Assembly: GCA_951406725.2 (NCBI GenBank)
Contig: OX597814.1
Coordinates: 26,536,001-26,600,000, forward strand
Direction: 5' to 3'
From: Octopus vulgaris
Taxonomy: Eukaryota
DNA: 64,000 nt
Part shown: positions 38,836 to 52,061 of the stretch, piece after piece
Layout of the letters: each line of letters opens with the position of its first letter
Position numbering within the stretch: position 1 is the stretch's first letter
Made by a program: the position numbers and the translations under genes
Notes under the pieces: generated by a model
Database searches by the model: none
Seen by the model: only the letters and a program-made list of their open reading frames with translations
What the model was told of the DNA's origin: nothing

Positions 38836-39505
38836 GCATTTTGTCTACTACTCTGACAAAAATTTCTATTGGTTATTTTATAGCAGTAATCTTTAATTAT
38901 GATATCTTAGACTTGTAAGTTCTATGAAATTACCTTGCTGTTTACATTCCTGTTCAAAGCATAAGTAATTAAACACTTAAATAAATTATACTTCACAAGA
39001 AAAACAAAACTTGGTCATGAAGTATTAAAGGTAAATAAATTATAAAATGTATGTGTTCTAACCTTCTCATAGAAAGAAACTAATTTGGTTTGAATGAGTT
39101 AAAATGCAAAGAAAGTTAAAGGCTGCCAAGCAAAAGTAGCTTTAGTGAAAAGTGTGAAACTTCTTGATGGAAATAAGATTAGACTGTGATACAAATTAAA
39201 TGTCTATTTTCTTATTTTCTATTTTAGATTAATGATTAATTTAACAACATAATATCAGACATTTAAATTTGGTGGAAGTTTGTGTCTTGATGTTTTGATT
39301 ATTGAGCTTATCATGCAATTAATACTGTTTCCTAACAGTTAGCTAGAGTGTTCACACTAGATGAAGTGCAATAGAGTTAAGAGATGACAATACCATTATG
39401 TAGCAAAGTGAAAACTTTCACTGCCCCACTCCCATTTGATTTCCTACTTGCAATTCAAGTAAATCTAACAGGCTTGTTTTTGTAACAAATTGTCCACACT
39501 TTTAC

Positions 39506-39686
39506 CTGGTAATAGAAGGAAACATCCATCTCCTTGTCAACTTCTTTTTTCTTTCTTTATTGTTGATTTTTGTTTCTTTTTTAGAATTTAGCAAGTTAGA
39601 ATCAATATTGCTGGAAGTCAAAATAGAATTGTCTGCTGTTACTAGAATGCATGAGAGATGGCGGCATACAGTCCCAAACCTACTCA
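39506..39686 (-). CDS. candidate 181-nt exon (xSRFGTVCRHLSCILVTADNSILTSSNIDSNLLNSKKETKINNKERKKKLTRRWMFPSIT)
   Basis: Acceptor attattgcag, donor CAG|gtaaaa, open in phase 1-2, non-repetitive; no recognisable homology. Confidence 0.3.
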
Positions 39687-41245
39687 CTGCAATAATCAAT
39701 AGAGTGTGCTTTCAGAATGGATAGAAAGGAAATTGTTCCAATTTCAATTTAAAAATCTTATTCTAATTGTTTATAATCAATAATCATTCATTATTTGAAG
39801 CCATTAAATATGTCAGTTTTGTTGTAAAATGTAAACTTTTCATGAATACTACAGATTGCTATCTTTTGTAGCTATTTATTTTAAGTGTAAGTTCTTTCTT
39901 TAAGGTCAGCAATGTGGCTTAAATAGTTTATTTCAATTTCCTGCTCATTCAATACATTATTATTCGATATTATTCAGTATTATTGCATTCACAGCCACCA
40001 TAGTTACCAAAATATATCAAAGCAACCATAGTCATTATGATATGTATAATACATAATATATAATACATAGTTACCAAAATACACAGAGACTTCCTTTGGT
40101 ATGGTATTTGAAAGTTACTGCATATACTTTTACTTATGATAAGTCAATAAGTTTGGAAAATTGCACAAAATATTAAGCATACAAGTGATGGCATTTCTTA
40201 TGTTTTCAAACATGGTTAATTTTCTATTTGTATCATACTCATCATCACAATTATCATCATCAGTACCATCATCATCATTGCCATCATTCTTTCGTCCTTA
40301 TTGTTGGTACTGTTGTTATTGTTGTTGTCATTGTTACCTCTTTGAAATCTCTATATTTACATTTTTTGAGACTACCTTAAAATAAGAAACATTTATTTAT
40401 TTTCCTTCAGTATTGATCAGGTATTCAATAGCAGAAAAATTCAATACAAAAGTAATAAGCAAACTCAGAGAAAACACAACAAAATATATCTGAGCCACAG
40501 ACCACATGGCACCATTTTATATGCCTCTCAGCTACTGATGAGAATAAATAAAAGAAAAAATTCTTGATCATGAATGAAAGAGGAAAATATACTCTAGATA
40601 ACAAAATAAAAACCCAACATCAACAAAAAAAAAAACAAAGGTGTTATTTTGTATTCTACTAAGCACACTGGATTGGAGCTTGATGCAAATTTTCCTCATG
40701 CTTTAAACTACAAGTTGTTTTCAGTTCTCCCTTCCTTTGCAAATTTGATCCTCCATTTTGTTTCTGTTGTTTTTACCTTCGTAATTTTTTCTTCTTTCCT
40801 TTGAAAGAGTAACGTTAAAAAGCAAGAGAGAAAGAACTGATGAATTGATGTGGCTTGGCCTTCAGCAGCAAGATCAATATTCGTAGCAATGCAATCGAAA
40901 AACCCTTTGGGAATTCACTATACAATTTATGAATATATTTTATTTTAAAACTCACCATTTGCTTTAGCCTCAAACCTTTGCATTTGATAATGTTATTTTT
41001 GGAGAAAATATAAGTAGAGTGTAGAAGAAATGCATTATGCTGATATTATTCTCAAAGTAAGTGAGCAAAATGGGTTCTTTCCGTATATAAATATCAGTGT
41101 GTCACGCTCACTGAGTGCTTATACATACATACATGCACATATACATATATATGTGTGAGATATATATACATTTACATATATATATGTATATGTGATATAT
41201 ATATGTGTGTGTGCGTATGTATGTGTGTGTATGTGAATATATGTA

Positions 41246-41425
41246 TCATCATCATCAGTTAACGTCTGTTTTCCATGCTAGCATGGTTTGGACAGTTCAA
41301 CTGGGGTCTGGGAAGCCAGGAGGCTGCACCAGGCTCCAGTCTGATCTGGCAGTGCTTCTACAGCTGGATGCCTTTCCTAACACCAACAACTCCATGTGTG
41401 TAGTGGGTGCTTTTTATGTGCCACC
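41246..41425 (-). mobile_element. RTE LINE 3' tail
   Basis: (CAT)n...ccatgctagcatgg...ggaggctgcaccaggctccagtctga...gggtgctttttatgtgccacc. Confidence 0.8.
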
Positions 41426-41520
41426 GATTTTGGTCTTGGCATGCAGGTGCGAGAGATTGAACAGTTTCCCGTCACTTCTACTGTGCAGAAACACTCCATC
41501 ATCAAAGAATAAAAGAATAA

Positions 41521-41594
<74 letters not shown>

Positions 41595-44500
41595 ATGTAT
41601 ATGTATGTATGTATATATATATGTGTGTATATATATATATATATGCATATGTGTGTGTGTGCATGCAAATTTCTATTCATATGTATTATATAGAAAAGAC
41701 ATGGTATATGTATGCATGTGTCACTATGCATTTACAGAATGCTGACATACACAATCCTCTCATATACACAAAAATAAAGAGGAAGAACAAGAAAAGGAGA
41801 GGGTGGGAGAAAAAGAAATTGATAGGAAAAGGAATAATAATCTGAAAAATATACTCTAATAGTTTATTTAGTTTATATGGACAAATGTTACCAGTTTGGA
41901 GATGTTATTCTTTTTTGTTTGTTTGTCTATATATTTTGTTACCAATGAAAATAATGTGAACATTTTGAGATAATTTGCCAATAATAGAGTTAATAATAGA
42001 GTTAATTCTCCACAAATTCCTTGGTGGTTCACAACTAACATTATTCTTAATTATCAATCATTGGGTTTTGTTCTCAAGTACATTCAGGCAACAAACAATA
42101 TGAAATTGCATGTTGTTAACTAAAAATGTGGCAAATGAATTAACATTCATAGAAATATAACTTCAAATAAAAAAAGAATAGGAAGCACAGAAAAATGTTT
42201 ACTGAGTAATGTAAAGTAGAAGTATGTTCCTGGCAAGTAAAATCTTTAACCAAGTTTTGATTCATATTTATAGAATTTTTGTTTTGCTTACAATATTAAG
42301 TTGTATACCTTTTTGTTCTTTCTTTCTGTAAACAATCTCAGCTTTCATGATTAGTAAGAAATAATATTTGTTGGTGAAGAATAGATGAGGTTGTATGTCA
42401 ACTGTTACTACTGGAAAAGCTACATGGTAAAAATATAAAAAGCCAACTCTGTTGAACATATGTGCAGCAGTTATTGGATGACACAAACCTTGAAAGAGGC
42501 TATGTTACAGAAATAATGGAGGACATAGACGCATGAAGGAGAGAGACCAGTGTGACCTGAACACACTTGACATAGCATAACAATATTTTAAGATTTTATA
42601 TTTTCTCTTTGAAATCTTTTTAATGGCTTGTACTAGTCTGAAATGTTATAAATATTTTATAGTTAACAGATATTATGTCTCATGCAACACAGTAGTAACT
42701 TTTTAAAACAGAAAAAGCAATGAAAATTATGTGCTTTACAAATTAAATGAAGCAAGATTTAAAGTTTCAATCTATTGATCAATATGCCAATGACTTAATC
42801 ACTTCTGCATTTTATCTCATCAGATAAGTTGCAGAGTCAACTAAGCATTACAAAACATTTTTCTAGCTGGATAAGTAGATACCCAATTCAATTTCTTGAC
42901 CCATCTAACAAAAACCAGTTCAGAAAACTAAATATATTTTGTGCACATTCACTTTGTTTTTTCTATGCCTACTTGAATGAAATTATTTCTGCAAGTTCAA
43001 AATATTGAACATTTTGAGATAATTTGCCAATATTCAACTAGAGCAAGTACCTGTAACGTAGATGGATATTGAATCAGTAACTAGCTTAATCATAAAATAT
43101 ATAAGAAATACCTGCTAATACTTGCATCTATTGCTTAGAAAAAATTTGATTATGTAGTAAATATTTCTTGCTGAGAAGGTATTTTTGAATTCATTAGCTA
43201 ATACCAATTGAACAACCTTTTAAATTAAAAGATCAAATAAATATATACTGGTAACAACCTTATTTTGAACATTATATTTTACAGTGCCAGAATTTTATTA
43301 ACTTGAAACAATTTAGTATCTTTGCACATCCAGCAGGTTCATTTTCTCCATGATTAGATTTTTTCCCCCCTTAAATGTTCTAAAAAAAACAGGAAGGGAA
43401 AATGTAACAGATAATTATTTATGCAGACGCTATGATTTTTCGATGCTCTTAACCTGATAATCAAAGACAAATTCTAGAAACCTGTTTCACTATTTCATAA
43501 AATCTATATCTTTTCTAACATCACTTTTTTTGCCTTCCTTTATTCCTTTACACTTCCATTAAAACATTTTAAAATATTGGCTCAGGTTCTTCTAGCATCA
43601 TAGCAGTTCAAGATTCAGCAACCTGGCATAGTTGTAGCCTTCTGCATGTAAACATATTTTAGTTTTGGCAAGTTTTCTTTTTTAAAATTATGATCTATAT
43701 AAATGTGGCAGTCTATATTAGTATGAATCTCCTCCTCCCTTTCTCTCTTTTTTACTGACTTCTAATGCAGCTACTCAGCAAATCTGACATTTGCTAATCA
43801 CTAAGTGTTGCTTCTATTCATATCAACCATCTAAGTAATTATATTTACTTATGTTCCACTTTCTAGAAATAAAATTTCCTATTAAGTTAATCTCTGAGAT
43901 TTTCTAATTTAAAAAAAATTTCAGTATCAACCTCATCAGCATCATATACTAACATTATTCTTATCAATGTTATCATCATCATTATCATTACTGCTATCAT
44001 ATTTATAACCATAACATCACCATAATGATAACAAAATCCATCACCCCTATCATCATCATCATCATCAGTACACTCATAGCCACAACCACTCTATCACACT
44101 ATCATTCTTATCCCCATTATCCCCAATTATGATTAATGATGTATTACTGTTGTTATAGTTATCATTGCTGCTGATGGTATCTCTAAATTGATTTTACTGT
44201 CTTAAATATTTTTGTGATTTTCTTTTACATAAATTTTCTGCACTTGAGAGAAAATTTTGCAAGATTTTTGTGATTCTAAACAGTTTGATATAAAATGAGA
44301 TATGCATACACATACATACACTCATACCCCACCACACACAGGTATGTGTATACTCATACACACACATACACATATGTACATGCATATAGATTAATATATG
44401 AAAGGAAGATGCCAACTTTTGCCTAGAAATAACCTTCCTTCATTTTTTTTTTAACAAAGCGGTAAATATCCTGTTAAAAGATCATTAAATAGTAATTTCT

Positions 44501-45194
44501 TTATGAAGCATACACAAGGTTCCTTTTAGAAAAGGGGATTGTATATTCGATTGAATAAACACAAGTATATTGTGGGTATCACTTTTTAAAACTTTTAACC
44601 AAGATGGTGTCAGTGCTCATAACCCCTTAGATGGTCTCAAAGTCTTGTAAGAAGAAAGGAGAGTAGCCTCAAATAAGAGACCTGGCCGAAATGCTTGCAA
44701 TAGTGTGGACTCCACTAAAGGTATCTAAGATGCCAGGTGGCAGTGTTAAGCTCAGTGACGGATTAAGTCTATTCCTTGAATTAAGCCTTTGAATAACGGT
44801 CAAAGTTTTATCATGAATATTTCAGTAGCAAACAAGTGATGAGAACAGCAATAGTAGGTTTTCAAGCTATAGCAAATAATGAGGGACTTCATTGTTCACT
44901 GGTAGACATCCTTGTAAATTTAACTCTGAAACAGATCTTTGAAAATGTGAAAATAAAATGAGATATCTCTAAAAGTCTTTGTGAGGGACTCTCTAGGAAA
45001 GATTTGAATCAAATAGAAGTTAGGAAGACTGATGATTCTTAGTATTTGTCTTAGTCAATTGATCTAATTCCATTCTCATTTAGAGTGCTTTACAAGTATA
45101 TTAAATTGACTCTAGTACTTGATTAATACTTTATTTTATCAGATCCAGTAGGATGAAAAGAAGAGTTGATCTTGTTGACATTCTATCTATAAGC

Positions 45195-45428
45195 ATTTCT
45201 CATTTCTTTATTGCCCACAAGGGGCTAAACATAGAGGGGACAAACAAGGACAGCCAAAGGGATTAAGTCGATTACATCGACCCCAGTTCGTAACTGGTAC
45301 TTAATTTATCTACCTCGAAAAGATGAAAAGTCGACCTCAGCAGAATTTGAACTCAGAACATAGCAGCAGACAAAATACTGCTAAGCATTTCACCCGGCAT
45401 GCTAACGTTTCTACCAGCTCACCGCCTT
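45195..45428 (-). mobile_element. tRNA-derived SINE family B, best full-length copy
   Basis: Minus strand ggcggtgagctggtagaaacgttag...GAGTTCAAATTC B box, central gtcgac...ttcatc...gataaattaagtaccag domain (Meta/MESC-like, inference), tail ccccttgtgggcaataaagaaat. Confidence 0.85.
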
Positions 45429-46470
45429 TATATATATATTTATAAACATAAAGAAAACATAAATGAATAGTATCATTAGATAAGTTTTGTTGCTCAAAAG
45501 ACAGAAAGAGCAGAAGCTTGTAATACAATCAATGCTTGGCATCAAATTTTAGTCATGAAGGATATGTGAAGTTTACAAGCACTGCCCTTTCTACTGAATA
45601 AACCATTAAAAAATGATACCAGAAACCAAGGAAAAAAATTTTATCTTTGGAAACATATTCTACAAATATTTGTCTATAAAAAATGGAGCCACCTTTATAA
45701 AATGCTAAAAGAATATTGGTGTTATTTGAAATTCTATAATATATATAAATGAGAATCTTCAGTAGTTGAAGAAAAGTATATCAACTGCTACTCTTTGCAC
45801 AAAAATTATCAGTTCAGTTTTTTTTATTAAGGGTAAATAGGCACCAAGCCTTTAATATTTATAGCATATTTAGATATGAGACTGCATGATGCTTAAGTGT
45901 TTTTTCTTTAATAGTTGTTGTGGATAAAATATATTGTTAAAACGAGAACTTACAGGGAAAATTCTTTCCAAATTCATTTTCTAATGCCTGCATGAACAGA
46001 ATAGTTAATTCATTGTAACAGAAGGATTTTTACAGTTTCATGTCATTCATAGTGAAGTGATTTTTATTATTCATCAATTTGAAGCAAGCAGACTCTTGTG
46101 CCTTGTTCAGAGGGACAGCACAATAGTACCAGTCAGATCTGAACATATGACTCTGTGATCAATAAACCTTAACTTAATTACACAGCCATTGAATCTTCTT
46201 AGTGACAATAATGATGATGTTAAGACATATTATAATGATAATAAAGCCATTATAACAGACACAAATACAAATTCAACAGAAATTATAAATAAAAGAACAA
46301 CACTTGTCTCATGAAAGTTATTCACTCTAAATATAATTTCAATGTGCTGCTGATACAAATTGAATTTATTATTTCAATCTAGAATGAATGCACTCTGAGA
46401 ATAGTTTAAATGGAACATTATTAATAGTCTTAAAAATAATTTTAAATTAAGAACATTTTTCATAAACTTA

Positions 46471-46520
<50 letters not shown>

Positions 46521-47632
46521 TGTATGCATGTATGCATGATGTATGTTTGTATATATATATATAATCAAATAATAATAATAATAATGGGGTTTCCTTATAT
46601 TTACAATATAAAGACTTTTTTGCAAGATAATATTGAAAAACAAAAGCAAACGTAAAAAGCAACACTGGTACTGATTAAATTGATTGTTATTATTGCTCTT
46701 ATAATTTGACTAAGGTATTTATGAAGATATTGGTGCTTGTTATTGGTAATTTAGTCAAAAGTACAGAAAAGAGTAATTTCCAGCCTATCTATCCACAAAC
46801 TCTGCCTCATATGGTACATAGGAAAGTTACATAATAAAATTGGCCTCAATAAGGCTCTGATTTACTTGAATCAACCTAGACTTGTTTAGAGTTGACCGTT
46901 GGTACTTGATGACTGCCATTTGAGAGCTCAGTTTTCATCCTTTCTTTTTTTAGAGGATGGAGTGCTTCTGTGTACAGCAGCATCTGCTCAGTGGCTAGTA
47001 TAAATGGTCATGGCTAGAACCATTTTGAATCAATTGCACGATCTGTCATAGGTGTTCTCTCTTATCCATTTTGTATGTTTGGCTCTTGAGTCATTGCCTT
47101 GGAAGTGTGAGGTGCTTACAAGCATCTTATTTCAATTAGAATGTGAGAAGAATATGTTTGCATATGCAAATGAAATAACTGTGATTGTGTTGGACAGCAA
47201 AGAACTTAATGTAGTTGTCACCATGCTGATAAAATACAAAGTAGTTAAAGGAGAATACATTAACTAAAGACAATTCAGTTGGCTTGCATCTCAACACCTA
47301 GAGAGAGAAGGTCATGCTAATCAGTGTTGTGGTCACTAAACTGTCAGTCTAAATACTTGAGGATATATGCAAACCAAACTTCCTGATGGATAGGAACTGA
47401 AAGAAGTTTACTAGTATGGTGGCCTGTTTCTCAAGAAATGGGCTGAGAGGTAGCTGTTCTTGAAAATGCATAGCAGTATTTCTTCCGTCTCTTTATTCAG
47501 CTCAAATCCTGCTAAGATCAACTTTGCCTTCCATTTTTTTCAGGATTGATAAAATAAGTATCAATTGAGCACTGGGATCAATGTAATCATCTTGTCTCCT
47601 CTCCTCAAAATTTCATTATTATCATTATTATT

Positions 47633-47661
<29 letters not shown>

Positions 47662-47663
<2 letters not shown>

Positions 47664-48195
47664 CGTTCAGTCTTGTTTGTTCCGGTAGATTCTGTGAGAG
47701 CTGACAGCAGCCTGCTGTCAGAGGTCTCACAGGGTCACTTTCCATACATTATAAGCTTTGATACTTGGTTGCTAATTATCATGGGTGACATTCAACATCC
47801 AGGTGCCAATTTCAAAATCCTAGCTGTCCCCAGCAGAGCAGTTTTTTGGGCTTGCTCTGTTCTCATGTCAATTCCAATTTCTCTGACATATTTCTCAAAC
47901 TTGGTTGTTAATGCTCCAAGTGCCCCTACAACTATTGGAATGACAGACACTCTCTTCATAGTCCTCATTCTTGCAATTTCATCTTTTAGTAGTCTGTACT
48001 TTTCAATCTCTTCTAATTCTATGTCACTTATGCATGTATCTCCAGGTATTGCAATATCTATGATCTCAGTTTCCTTTTTTCCCTTATCTACCACAACAAT
48101 ATCTGGTTTCCAAGCCTCAATGATGGTGTCACAATGGATTGTAAAATCCCACAGTATCTTATATTTCTTGTTCTCGGTGATACTTTCTTGTTCAT
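47662..48195 (-). mobile_element. R4/Dong-clade non-LTR retrotransposon 3' fragment (restriction-like endonuclease)
   Basis: WDFTIHCD..IEAWKPDIVVVDK..IIDIAIPGD..KYRLLKDEI..IPIVVGALG..QKTALLGTARIL; 3' UTR then (TGA/TAA)n; 5' end abuts (TAA)n. Confidence 0.92.
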
Positions 48196-48209
48196 GTTAT
48201 TGTTTGAAA

Positions 48210-48274
<65 letters not shown>

Positions 48275-48278
48275 ATCA

Positions 48279-48490
48279 AGGCAGCAAACTGGCAGAATCA
48301 TTAGCATGCTGGGTGAAATGTTTAGCTGTATTTCATCTGCTGCTACATTCTGAGTTCAAATTCCATGTGGTCAACTTTGGTTTTCATCCTTTGAGGTCAA
48401 TATATTAAGTACCAGTTGAGCACTCTGGTCGACGTAATCGACCATCCCCCTCGCCCAAGTTTCAGGCCTTGTGCATATAGTAGAAAGGAT
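48279..48490 (+). mobile_element. SINE family B
   Basis: ggcagcaaactggcagaatcattagcatgctgggtgaaatg...gagttcaaattcc...taagtaccag...caggccttgtgc. Confidence 0.85.
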
Positions 48491-48517
48491 TATTATTATG
48501 ATTATTATTATAATTAT

Positions 48518-49365
48518 TTGATGAAAATTCTCAGCTTATTTTGTTGGATATGATGGAAAGTTTCAGCTGTCCTCACCCAGCAGACTAAGATGACACTTGT
48601 TTACTGGTCATGCTTCAAGAACCCTGCAAAGAATTCTTGCAGTTCCAAGCAATGCTGATTTTTGTAGGTGTTCTATCCTTACATTTGTACCAATCATTTC
48701 TAGCCTTGTTGGTGGTTGAGTGCTGATACTTCCAAGTGCACTAGTTACTACTGGTATCATGTCTACTCTCCTCATTGACCACAACCTTCGTATTTCCCAC
48801 TTCAAATTGTTGTAGTTGTTCAGTTTTTCTTCTTTCTCTTTGATCCTGTTCTCACCAGGATATGCAATGTCAATTATCATGCAAGTTCTTTCTTTTTAAT
48901 TCACCACAACAATGTCTGGTTTGCAATGTCTGATTAGGTGGTCACACTGAATCATTGCATCTCACAGGATTTTGCAATCTTCATTCTCAGTGACTCTTTC
49001 TAGAGTTTTCTCAAATCATGACTTTGCTCTTTGTAGGCCGTGATTTCCTTAGAGCTCCGATTTTGATCATTCTTGCCACATTGTCATGTCATCTTTTGTA
49101 ATGATGGGCCATACCATTTCACCCCTCTCACCACACATTCTGCATTTGTCACTATTGGTAGTGTTGTCAATTCTGCACTTCACATAGTTAGTCCTTAATG
49201 TTTGTTCTTGTGCTGCACATATAAGCACTTCTTTCTCTATCTTTGAGTCACTCCTCCTCATCCAAAGCCACCAGTCTTCTGTATCTGCCTTGGCATTCAT
49301 ATCTCTTGCAAACTGACCCAATATTTTTTCTCCTTCCATGCAATTTCTTTTTTGTGTTCTTTTCC
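48518..49365 (-). mobile_element. Second R4/Dong-clade retrotransposon 3' fragment (CCHC zinc knuckle plus RLE)
   Basis: GQFAR..WLW..ICAAQEQTLRTN..KCRMCGERGE..HDNVAR..KPDIVVVN..IIDIAYPGE..ALGS..QKSALLGTARIL; flanked by (TAA)n-type repeats. Confidence 0.92.
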
Positions 49366-49373
49366 TCTTTAAG

Positions 49374-49374
<1 letters not shown>

Positions 49375-49411
<37 letters not shown>

Positions 49412-49463
49412 GTTATTATTTTTGTTGTTGTTGTTGTTGTTGTTATTATTGTCATCATCATCG

Positions 49464-49497
<34 letters not shown>

Positions 49498-49517
49498 TAT
49501 TATTATTATTATTATTA
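49375..49517. repeat. Compound (TTA)/(TTG)/(TCA) trinucleotide microsatellite
   Basis: Directly visible. Confidence 0.95.
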
Positions 49518-51162
49518 TGTAAAAACAAATTATACTTATTCAGCATTAATATCTGTTTTCTCGATATTTCTTATGAAGATAAAAATATATTGATATTTGC
49601 AGAGACAGTCAAGAAATGTAATGCAAGATAGATGTAGAAAAGTTCAAAGAAAGATTATGAAAATAATGGGGTTGAGCAGTCATAAAGAGTTTCACTCATT
49701 AGACTGATGTTGTTGATAATGATACTGATTATTATGATGATGGGGAAGGGATGCCAGCAACAGTTTTGATGGTGGAGATGATGTTGAATATAGCAGCAAT
49801 GGTGATGATAACATGAATGATATAACATATATACATAGAATAACTATGTTTAAAAGGAAAATTTTGTTCTACTTCTACATTCTACATTTTTTTTATATGT
49901 ATGTAATTTAATTTCAGTATTGATTAAAATTACATTCTAACCTAGAAACAAATGCAATGAAATAGAAACTGCCATCATTTTGCATATGATTAATCATGAC
50001 CGATATTTATGAGAAATGAACAGAAATAAGAAATATATTCAGCAAAGGAAAACTACTTGGTACATCCAAAGTATATGGATAGTGTGAACAATTGTGTCAT
50101 ATTACCCCCATATAAGACTGAGTTGAGGAAAGAGACATGTTTTCCCAAGTTTAAGTGTCTTTAAGTGTGTCAGGTTGCCACATTATCACACGGCTATCTA
50201 ATAATAACATGAACTTCTAAGTGAGAGTGTGCATAGCTACCTGCTGTGTTAATCTTCAGTAAACGTGACAATGTGTGTTCTTCATGAAGAAAACGTAGAC
50301 TGCAGTTGTGCACATGCATGACACAATTAGCTTAAGCATTTCTCATGATGCATAACAGACGTGTATTATTCAATGTACACATACACTAAAATGCATACAA
50401 ATGCAAAAAACATAGAAACAACATATATACATGCCAAAATGCAAGTGCACACACGTGTGCGTTAGTTAAGAGATATTTTAGTGTACATAAAGAGAGGAAA
50501 AGATATCGCATTTGAGTTTAGAGAAATATGTTAATTGAATGAGAAAATTTTCCTTCGGCAAAAGAATATAAAAAAAGAAATAACATTTTGGTAATGTACT
50601 ACTATTTCATTTAAAGTATATTATTTGAAACATTTGAGACATTTACATAGATAAATTGTCTATGTGTATCCTAGTGTATGCATATAGATATACATACATA
50701 TATGTATCTATATTTATCTATCTGTCTACCTATACATACATACGCATGTATGTATGTTTGTATATATATATGTATGTATGTATGCACACATGTATATACT
50801 TATCTGTCATTTGATTTTCAATTATTACACAGGAGTTAAACTAGGACACTGCTTTCAAGGGTTTGATCATATCAACCTTAGTTCCCATTTCAGTCAGTTA
50901 CCTATTTTATTGATTTCTTTTTGCGTAACTGCAAAGTTTGCAAATACAATGTGACACAACATTAACAGCACCACCTTATACACAGGTATGTATGTAAATG
51001 CAGACACACACATACAGCTATGCATGTGTGTGTGTGTTTGTATATGTATGTGTGTGTAATACACACATGCACACACACATATACACATGTATGTATACAA
51101 GGGAAGAGTATTCAATACACTTGGTAAAGTTGATAAGAGTAATTACAATCCTTTTTACTAAA

Positions 51163-51355
51163 GGTTCAAGGCCTGAAATTTTGAGGAAGGGGACTAGTTG
51201 TTTACATCAAACACATTGTTTCACTGATACATAATTTATCAACCCCAAAAGGATAAAAGGCAAAGTTGTTGTAATGTGAACTCAGAATGTAAAGATAGAC
51301 GAAATGCTTCTAAGCATTTTGCCCAGGGCAGTAATGATTCTACCAGCTCATTTCC
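51163..51355 (-). mobile_element. SINE family B
   Basis: caaggcctgaaatttt...aaaaggataaaaggcaaagtt...gaactcagaatgtaaagatagacgaaatg...ttctaccagctc. Confidence 0.8.
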
Positions 51356-51516
51356 TTAAATAATAATAAGAAGAAGAAAAATGATAATAATAATGAACGA
51401 ACTACTGAGTTTGGTTTAATGGCCTACCAATATACACTATGAGTTTCTTTGCCCTAGGAGTCGGGAAGACACTCGGCAAGAAATGGAAGAAAATTTGAAA
51501 GAAGAAAAAAAAAAAG

Positions 51517-51547
<31 letters not shown>

Positions 51548-52061
51548 GGTTCTAAGCACATACATATACAAATTTCAGTTTTAATTGGTGTTATTAAATA
51601 AGTATATGTATATAGAGACAGATATAGATATATGTATTTTATGCATAAAACACACGCACACACATACACCTACACATATGCACACATACATACGTGCCTT
51701 GCTTGGGCCTCTATTCAAAAAGGTGTCAGAAGGGCACTGTCATGACAAGTGGTGTCTTGGGCATCTAAACAGGCAGAGCCCATCTCTCTCTCCCCCTCTA
51801 CCACTCTCTCTCTCCCTTTCCCACTCCCTCTTTTTCCTTCTCTTTCTCTACGCCCCTCTCTCTCTCTTTCTTCCTATATATACCTTTGCATGTGTGTATG
51901 TGATTATCACCGAGTAACTGAATGCATATATTTATGTGCTTATCTTTAAACTAGTTTAAAAACCAATGTTGTTTATGTTGTGACCTATTATATTCAGTTA
52001 CTTAGCAGTTCCACAAATAGATATTGATAAAATAAGTATCTGCATGAAATAGATAGTGGGG

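Noticed and set aside
44590-45050. Possible L1/Tx1 RT remnant (QGC...SLFAIA) on minus
   Set aside because: Too degenerate to support by eye.
47565-48275. 236-aa plus-strand ORF
   Set aside because: Antisense shadow of the R4/Dong endonuclease ORF plus trinucleotide repeats.
49067-49546. 159-aa ORF with poly-N/poly-D N-terminus as a host gene
   Set aside because: A microsatellite read in frame into a truncated, frameshifted retrotransposon ORF.
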